Assembly (NCBI GenBank): GCA_950097015.1
Contig: CATNEN010000038.1
Location: forward strand, 744,001-808,000
Origin: Macrostomum hystrix
Lineage: Eukaryota; Animalia; Platyhelminthes
Reading direction: 5' to 3'
Length of the DNA stretch: 64,000 nucleotides
Below the pieces are notes generated by a model. It was not told where the DNA came from. It saw only the letters and a program-made list of their open reading frames with translations, and made no database searches. Every line of letters begins with the position of its first letter. The stretch's first letter is position 1. The translations under genes and the position numbers were made by a program. Shown one piece after another: positions 55,041 through 64,000 of this stretch.

Positions 55041-58000
55041 CTGCAAGCGGTGAAGAAGTAGCTCGTGTGATGGTTAATTAATTGGTGAACTAGACAGCGA
55101 ATCGGAATCGCTCAGGAGGAAGAGACGCAATAAATAATGAGGTGAGCTTGACGGCTGACTTAAAAGGCAGTCAATATCGTTTTGCAGGAAAAGAAGCAAT
55201 TCAATCAAAGTGAATACAAGCGTTAGTAGCTTTAAGAGCTTCCGAGAGTGATGGAATTCCTCAGACTCACGGCATCCCGTGCCGTCGGTCCCCAGAGTAA
55301 CTGACACTGAGTCTGGGCGGAGCCGCACAGACCGTTGGCGCAGAAGTTGCTGCCGCACGGTGTCCCGTCTCTGGCAGTGAAATCGTCCGGGCAGGTTGAG
55401 TTGACGCCGTTACAGAATTCCGGCAGGTCGCATTCTCCTTTGGCGGCGCGGCAGACGGTGCCAGTCGGGCGCGGCTGACAGACAGTCAGGTCGCAGCAGC
55501 GCCCCGCGGCGCAGGTAGCGGATTCGGCCAGTTGGCAGGAGGCGGCGTTGCAGCAGGCGTTGCCTCTGTGAAATGGTTGGTGAGCTGATAACTAACAACT
55601 TCTTTGCTACCTGTGACACAAAGCTCGAGACTTTGGATCTTGTTAGTTTCAAAATAGATGAAAAAGATGTAGAAAAAAAAATCGATATTGCACCGAAATC
55701 CACTTGGCACAGCCGCAGCTATTGCGCAGCGCTTCCAAATACTATGTGTACAGCTGTTCAGACTGTGTACTGAGTGCTGCCACTCCTACCGAAATTTCCA
55801 CGCCAGCAGATGTTGCTAGTCAATTTACAGCTGGGTGAAATGACGCAATGAGGGAATTGATTTAAGCGTCTGGCTCAGAAACACAGGTTATTTCCTTCGG
55901 GCTGCGATTCGAACTCCCGAACTACTCAGACGGAGTTGTCTTTCAATGTGCAGCAGTCACTTTTTGTAGGTATTCGTTTTTTATAGCACACACGACACGC
56001 AAAACTCCTAACATAGCTCGTAGGAAGAATTAGTAGAGCATAAAATGAACAATTGCAAGAGGGCTGCGGGCAATGGCTCATCATTTGACGACACTAGACC
56101 CCCAGCCAGCGAGGAGGTAATTCGGCCCATTTCCCTGACTCCCGAGCACACCTACTCACACAGGTGTGTACATCTGCAATCAATTTCTCATCATCAGGCA
56201 GTGTAGACTGTCACTGTGCCCTGGAGGTTGGCCCCCAACGACGCAAATTGCACTACAAGCCCCAAGCCTTCTATCCGCGGCTGCGGGCCAAATTAATAAG
56301 TGAAAGTAATTCTAACCTGAGTTGTTCAGCAGCCAAGTGAAAAGTGAAAAATCCCAAGATTGGGTTAGATTGAAGAAGTCAAATCCCAGTTGACTGAGTA
56401 CCCAGACCTACTCATCCCCTGCACCGCCACGACAACCGGCCTCGCCGCCGCAGTCGCAGGCTTCGCCGGGTTCCAGCAGGCCGTTGCCGCAGACCGCTTT
56501 TGGCCAATCCGCGGCTACTGGCAGGCGAAGCCCGCCCGGTTTGTCGGTCTCCGGTCTCGGCAACAGCAGGCAGTGACGGACGCCGGAATCCAGGAAGCCC
56601 AGCAGGGCGTGTACTGAGCAGGACGACCAGCCGATGTCGCGCCAGTCGCTGTCAGTCAGCATTGTGGCGCCCATCATGCAGGCTGAGTAGGGACAGTTGC
56701 AGTCCCGTCCTGGATATTCGTGATCGTGCTCGACGCCCAGGTTGTGGGCCAGTTCGTGTGCCATGGTCAGCCCGATGCCGTGAGCCCACTGGCGAGTCTG
56801 GGGGAGTGCAGTCGGTGATATCAGAGATATTCGATATTCGGGATACCAGATTAGGGAGACTGGGAAACAGAGATTAGGGGGATGAGGACCCGAGATTAGG
56901 GAGACAGGGAAGCAGAGATTAGGGAGGCCTGTTAGACCTGTTAGACGTGTCTATCCCCCCAATAGAGATTAGAGACACTAGGGGATAAATAATAGGGAGA
57001 CTGGGGTTCGAGAGAGGAATTGAAAAAGAGGGTACTGGTCTCCCAATTCATTCTAATATAGGGATTAGTGTCTTCTACTGGAAGCCAGTTTGTTAGTTAC
57101 TTACAACGCTGAGGCCAGCGCAATTCAATGAAGAATAACGTGCTGTTGTTTTGCATATGTTTCCTGTGGAGGCAATGCCAGATGTGGAGCCGTAGCTTTC
57201 TCTTCCACTGAAATTTGAGTTGATAAAGGTTTTAATATATTTTTTGGCAATGCACTCGTAATTTGGTACCCGACCGAGTTGTCCATTAGAAGTGTCTAGT
57301 AGATGGGAGTCTGGTAGGTTAAAGTATTGTCGATAAGAGAGTCTTGTAGCCATGTATCCATGGGACTCTTTTGTATAATAGAGTCTGGTAGACTGAAGTA
57401 TTTTGGATGAGAGAGTCTGGTGGACTGGACTCTTTTGTATAATAGAGTCTCGTAGACTGAAGTATTTTGGATGAGAGAGTCTGGTAGACTGGACTCTTTT
57501 GTATAATAGAGTCTGGTAGACTGAAGTATTTTGGATGAGAGAGTCTGGTAGACTGGACTCTTTTGGATAAGAGAGTCTGGTAGACTGGACTCTTTTGGAT
57601 GAGAGAGTCTGGTAGACTGGAGTGTTTTGGATAAGAGAGTCTGGTAGACTGAAGTATTTTGGATGAGAGAGTCTGGTAGACTGGACTCTTTTGGATGAGA
57701 TAGTCTGGTAGACTGGAGTTTTTGGATGAGAGAGTCTGGTAGACTGGAGTGTTTTGGATGAGAGAGTCTGGTAGACTGGACTCTTCTGGATGAGAGAGTC
57801 TTGTAGACTGGACTCTTTTGGATGAGAGAGTCTGGTAGACTGGACTATTTTGGATGAGAGAGTCTGGTTGACTGGAGTCTTTTGGAAAAGAGATTCTGGT
57901 ATAGATTAAAGCATTGCCAATAAGATAGGAGTCTTTTGTAGAAGGCAATGTGCTATCGGCTGTAGTCTTGCACATAGACAGTGAGCACTCAAGGCTATCC

Positions 58001-61000
58001 AATCAACTCACTTAAGCAGGTGCACACAGTCGTAGTCCACTTGTTTGGGAATCGTCTGTGAATATGTCTTTATTAATTCCAGCGTGTCGACCGGATTCCG
58101 AGTTGTCGGATTGGCGAAATCGAAGCCAGAAATTGTAGTGCTATGAATTTCCAGCGCGCTGACTACTACATAAATGTCGAAGCGACGAAATAACTGCAGA
58201 AATAGCGAAAAGATGCCTCTTATACTGCTTTAAGTACAGTGCGAAAAATTTACTGCAGCTTTATATATCCATAATTTTTATGTGGAGTTATGTCGAGCTG
58301 TAGACCGCTCTGCCACTGACACCCCGTGTCAACCTGTTGGACATGGGTATCACCTGTTAGACATGGGTATCACCTGTTAGACATGGGTATCACCTGTTAG
58401 ACAACAGTGCGAAAAACTAACTGCAGCTTTATATATCCATAATTTTTATGTGGAGTTTTTTAGAGTGGGAAAATAAAAACTGCAGGAGGGCTGCGGGCAA
58501 TGGCACATCATTTGGTGACAGGTGACACTAGACTCGCAGCCAGCGAGGAGGCAACTCTGACCAGTGTACACTCTCACTGTGCCTTGGAGGCTGGCTCTCA
58601 TGAGCGTAGATTGCATGACAAGCCCCCAAGCCTTCTCTACACGGCTGCGTCCCAAATTAATGTGGCCTCACCGCGGAATCAAGCTCAGGGAGCTTGGTGC
58701 GGGAGGCAAGCGCTATAGACCGCTCTGCCACTGACCACCCGTGTCAACCTGTTAGACATGTGTGTCACCTGTTGGACATGGGTATCACCTGTTAGACATG
58801 GCTGTCACCTGTTGGACATGGGTATCACCTGTTAGACATGGGTATCACCTGTTAGACATGGGTATCACCTGTTAAACATGGGTATAACCTGTTAGACATG
58901 GCTGTCACCTGTTGGACATGGGTATCATCTGTTAGACATGGGTATCACCTGTTAGACATGGGTATCACCTGTAAAACATGGGTATCACCTGTTAGACATG
59001 GGTATCACCTTTAAAACATGGGTATAACCTGTTAGACATGGCTGTCACCTGTTGGACATGGGTATCATCTGTTAGACATGGGTATCACCTGTTAGACATG
59101 GGTATTACCTGTTAGACACTATACTTACATTGTTGACGATTCCAATAATGCTCTGTACCGCATCAATCACAGCCGATGACTTCGAGGAGTGCATTTTGTA
59201 CTGCAATTAGAAGTGAGCAGCTGGACTATTAGTCTAATTAAGTACTCTAGTTAAGTTATTCTTGGGACCTAAATTAAGCCACGTTTTTTCACATCGGAAA
59301 CGCTAAAGCTAAACGCTAAACGCCCTCTAGTATCCATGGTTACCCCAATGGAAAACAAAATATCTCTAAACTTTACGCATTCAACAACTATTAATTTAAT
59401 TATTTTTAATTATTATAATATATATCAATAGTTATAAATAAAACCATAAACTTACTCATGAATTAGAATGTGCATGTAATGAATAATTCATCACCATGTC
59501 ACGGACAAAAAGAGCCGGGATGGGTCGATTGCCTCGCCTAATGTCTATTGTACACCCTCATGACCTGGCCTAATGTCTATTGTACACCCCCATGACCTGG
59601 CCTAATGTCTATTGTACACCCTCGTGACCTGGCCTAATGTCTATTGTACACCCTCATGACCTGGCCTGAATGTCTATTGTACACCCTCATGACCTGGCCT
59701 AATGTCTATTGTACACCCTCTTGACCTGGCCTAATGTCTATTGTACACCCTCTTGACCTGGCCTAATGTCGATGGTTATCCCTCAAGTCTTTCCAAAGCT
59801 TGTTGTTAATGTAATTATGTGTTTTAATATCATAAAATTATATATGTTACACTCACAAACCCATTGTCAGCGATGAGGTAGAGCTGCATAATGAATGGGC
59901 CGCCACGACTGAGCACCTTCCTGCTATGGTCCAGCTTTATGGACCGGGTCTCGGACCTTGCGGAGCGCCGGTGCCTCTGTATTTGAGTTTTGAACAAGCA
60001 AAGGCGAGTAGAATTAACGGAATTGATTCAGTCAGTCGGTCTGTGTTAGCTTGATCAGTCCATGGACTGGGTGCCGTCACACTCACTCAAATTTCTATCC
60101 GAGCTAATGCTGCTAATGCTGCAAATGCGGTTAGGAGTCCGAAGCTCTGCGCCAAAACCTCCTGAGCATACGCTTTCAATGTTGGGTCACCAAGAAGCAT
60201 AGAATTTGCAAAGCTAAGCCTCATCTATATAAATCTTGATTTTTAACTGGCTAACATGATCAAGCTGAACAGCAACTTGACACTTGAATGGCACCAGTCA
60301 TAAATACCTTTTGCTATTGTGCCCCATTCTATCTGTTGGTCAGCTTTATCAACAATGGGAGCAGCCATCCATCTGACATTATCCTTGATCCTTGGCATAT
60401 ACTTATAGAATAATGAGTCACTTTCAAAATTGGGCTCTTGAACTTTATTAATCCAAATAATGGCTTACCTGTAATAAAACGCTGCCACCAAGCATTTTGG
60501 TCAGTTGCTGTGGACTTACTGGAAGTTATTGTGAAACCCAAATACTTAAATCATTGAGCATCTCAATCTATTTCTAAAATGATGTAAATGAAAACAAAAA
60601 TCATACTCACGTGCAGCAATCCGCTTATTCAGCACGTCATAGGCCGATTCCAATGCTTTATGCTGCTTCCAACCGACACTTGATGGATACAAGTTGAGCT
60701 GGTACACCTGCCAGCTTGAGTCACGCAGCCGCATGCGATGCCCGGTGGCTTGAATATAGCCCAGGTGAGTGATGTTGATTGACAGCGTGCCACTGTCAAT
60801 GAGGGTTGGATTCAGCTGTCCGTATAAATGATCTGCATGGCTGTCTGATCTGGGGGGTCTGTTCTGGGCTGTCTGATCTGGGCTGTCTGATCTGGGGGGT
60901 CTGTTCTGGGGGGTCTGTTCTGGGCTGTCTGATCTGGGCTGTCTGTTCTGGGGTGTCTGATCTGGGGTGTCTGATCTGGGGTGTGTGCTCAGGGGTGTGT

Positions 61001-62224
61001 GCAGTATCTGGGGTGTCTGTTCTGGGCCGTCTGCTCTGGGGTGTGTGCAGTATCTGGGGTGTCTGTTCTGGGGTGTCTGTTCTGGGGTGTCTGTTCTGGG
61101 GTGTCTGTTCTGGGGTGTCTGATCTGTGCTGTCTGTTCTGGGCTGTCTGCTCTGGGCTGTCTGTTCTGGGCTGTCTGCTCTGAACTCTCTGTTCTGGGCT
61201 GTCTTCTGGGGTGTCTGTTCTGGGCTGGGGTGTCTGTTCTGGAGTGTCGGTTTTGGAGTGTCTATTCTGGAGAGTCTGTTCTGGAGTGTCTGTTCTGGGC
61301 TATCTGCTCTAGGCTGTCTGTTCTGGGCTGCCTGATCTGGGGTGTCTGTTCTGAGGTGTCTGACCTGCATGGCTGTCTGTTCTGGAGTGTCTGTTCTGGA
61401 GTGTCTGTTCTGAAGTGTCTGTTCTGGAGAGTCTGTTCTGGAGTGTCTGTTCTGGAGTGTCTGTTCTGGAGTGTCTGTTCTGGAGAGTCTGTTCTGGAGT
61501 GTCTTTTCTGGAGTGTCTGTTCTGGAGTGTCTGTTCTGGAGTGTCTGTTCTGGAGTGTCTGTTCTGGAGTTTCTGTTCTGGAGTGTCTGTTCTGGATTGT
61601 CTGTTCTGAAGTGTCTGTTCTGGAGTGTCTGTTCTCTGCTGTTTGATCTGGGGTGTCTGTTTTGGTGTGTTTGTACCTGGCTGTCTGATCTGGCGTTTCT
61701 GTTGTGGGGTGTCTTTCTGAGCTGTCTGTTCTCTGCTGTCTGATATGGGGTGTCTGTTCTGGGGTGTCTGATCTGCATATCTGTATGTTCTTGAGTGTCT
61801 GTTCTGGGTCTTCGTTCTCACCGCAGCAGGTCAGAGCAGAGTGACACAAGGCCTGGCTGAGTCTCATTGCCCAACTGGGCAGTCCCAGACTCAATCGGCC
61901 ACGCTGAGTAGTGGCACTGAGAGCGATGTCGCGATTTTCTGGCCTGGGATCGATTCCCCACGATTCGAACTGGGAACTCTTCAGGTCTGGAAAAGTATTT
62001 AACAGAAAGCTGTTACAAAGAGGCTTGCAGCAATAGGTCGTATTCAGGCTTCATCAAAAAGTATAAAAGTGTATTTGTGCGTACCTTCTCACCGCCAGGT
62101 AGAATGAGAACCGGCGCAGCGATGGCATAGCAACAATCTCTAGGACCAAATTTCTGCCGATTTTCTGAAGCGGTGAAATCGATTTCACATTTCGAACCGA
62201 CTTTAAACCTCCGGTGTGTACCAG
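54531..62224 (-). CDS. ADAM/reprolysin metalloprotease-disintegrin gene, copy B (multi-exon)
   Basis: Exons 62085-62224, 61822-61986, 60611-60792, 59857-59976, 59129-59200, 58012-58193, 57105-57207, 56412-56797, 55271-55565, 54531-55040; possible first exon (poly-Leu) near 63050-63275. Confidence 0.88.
55271..55565 (-). CDS. ADAM copy B disintegrin exon
   Basis: ECDLPEFC loop; same splice borders as copy A. Confidence 0.9.
56412..56797 (-). CDS. ADAM copy B catalytic exon
   Basis: HELAHNLGVEH, CMM Met-turn, CGNGLLEPGEACDCG. Confidence 0.93.
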
Positions 62225-62724
62225 CTGGCACAGCCTTCTGCCGACTGGGGCACCATTCACCGACAGGGCAACCTTCCACTGACAGGGCAACCTTCCACTG
62301 ACAGGGCAACCTTCCACTGACAGGGCTACCTTCCACTGACAGGGCTACCTTTCACTGACAGGGCAACCTTGCACTGAGAGGGCTACCTTCCAACCACTCA
62401 ACTGAACAAAGATTCATATGTAGGCTTCACCTTCTAGCCTTTTGTTGGTGCAAAATTTCAACGCAATGAGGTTAGTAACAGTACGAGTGATGGCATTTGA
62501 TGACACAGAACATATGCATCTGTTCCAATTTGCTCATCGTTAACGATTGTGCACACTCGCTTAAATTTAAATTTCTTAGCTTCCGTAGCTTAACAACTGA
62601 TATTTAGTAATTGCTCGGCAAGGAAAAGCTTGTATTAAAACAGCCTGCCGAGTGCATCTCACAGCATGTACATTGTGCGAACAAGTGTTCCGTATGACCA
62701 GCTACGGCCCTATATGCAAATCCA

Positions 62725-63000
62725 ACTGCATGTTCTACTTAGCATCTGATACTCTGATGACTCATTTGACAGACTGTGCTGCATGTTCTACTAAGCATCG
62801 GATGAGTCATATGACCGACTGTGCTGCATGTTCTACTTAGCATCTGATGAGTCATTTGACAGACTGTGCTGCATGTTCTACTTAGCATCTGATGAGTCAT
62901 TTGACAGACTATGCTGCATGTTCTACTTAGCATCTGATGAGTCATTTGACAGACGGCTGCATCTTCTTCTTAGCATCTGATGAGTCATTTGACAGACTGC
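62725..63000. repeat. ~44-bp tandem repeat (CTGCATGTTCTACTTAGCATCTGATGAGTCATTTGACAGACTGTG-like)
   Basis: About six units here; about one unit at 29765-29820 in copy A. Confidence 0.85.
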
Positions 63001-63069
63001 GTTCGACTGCGTGCAGTTTTAGCAAAAAGAATCGGTTTGTTTTTCCTGTTCATTCCCGCTACAATCAGT

Positions 63070-63109
<40 letters not shown>

Positions 63110-64000
63110 GAAGCTGCAGAAGCAGCAGCAACAGCAGCAGCAGCAGTAAGCACACAGAAGCCCATCTAGCTACTGGGGTTGGCCCGTAAATGTGCCTTAG
63201 ATGGTTTCCGGGAATTTCAAGCATTTGCACCAAGCCAAACCCCTCCAGCTCACGAACAGATGAAGAAACAGTCATGTGATTGTTGTAACATTTAGTTCAA
63301 TCATTTTAGATTTTGCTTACCCGGCTTGGCTGAACTTCCTGACCATCGTTGACCTGAAATGTTCTCACCTTGGCCAGCAAGGTTAATGGCCTGGTTGAGT
63401 CCGCTGAAATTGCAGTTTAGAAAGTTAGAAATTCAGTAGCAATGATTGCTTTTGTAGCTTTCTAGCATGTAATTTTGTAAAAAATGCTCGCAAATTACTT
63501 TTGAATTGTGATGTCATTTCAAATAATACATTTAAAACTGAGCACATTCAAAATAGTTATAATGATTGTGAGCACTGAGTACTTACCAATTGTGCAGTTG
63601 AAACACAGCAGGATGATAAATTTAGCAATTAATGTGATACAAAGAAGGCTATGGAATTCTCTGGTGTGACTTATTGGCATGTTTACACAAAAGTTGCAGC
63701 GATTCAACCAGATGAATAGTCAAATAGTCAAATAATCAAAAATCGTCAATCTTTAAAATTCATACAATTTGAAACCCGATATACTCGTAGTTTCAGGTTT
63801 GCCAAGGCTCATAGACTAAAACAGCGGGCACGGAAAGCCGATTTGTGCCCGCTGCCGGGGGGATTTCGTCTATGTCCAAAGCTACGGAAAGCTGTTCGTA
63901 TTGCTGCATTGAAGAGAGACGTGGATGCATCGGACTAGGCTAGTAATGAAGTCGGTGACGGTGACTTATCACATCACGGTATGAGTGAGCCGTGATGCAT

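Larger units (their letters stand above)
51390..63944 (+). repeat. Segmental duplication copy B
   Basis: See copy A; lacks Gypsy element 2, both LINE insertions and the 15-bp array expansion. Confidence 0.9.

Overview
Eukaryotic (animal-like, intron- and minisatellite-rich) genomic window. The centrepiece is a complete 15.2-kb Polinton/Maverick (adintovirus-type endogenous dsDNA virus) at 31872-47045. It has AGTAGT...ACTACT ends, ~730-bp terminal inverted repeats (TIRs) and a 6-bp target-site duplication (TSD), CCCAGG. It encodes minor and major capsid proteins, packaging ATPase, adenain protease, protein-primed PolB with an HNH/EndoVII insert, integrase, parvovirus-type PLA2 and an adenovirus pX-like protein. 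Accessory ORFs include a triple-PSAP membrane protein, a coiled-coil protein, a probably spliced ORF and a TIR-encoded 82-aa protein; a palindromic repeat array lies beside the right TIR. The element sits between two copies of a segmental duplication (~4750-31472 and ~51390-63944). Each copy carries a multi-exon ADAM/reprolysin gene on the minus strand, and the exons have diverged much more than the introns I compared. Other elements: two Ty3/Gypsy LTR retrotransposons (one with an open gag-pol running off the window, one decayed but complete), an Ingi/I-group LINE inside a 27-bp minisatellite, a truncated RTEX-like LINE, a 1.6-kb foldback element, relics of an older related Polinton, and many tandem repeats. 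All alignments were read by eye; no database searches were run.
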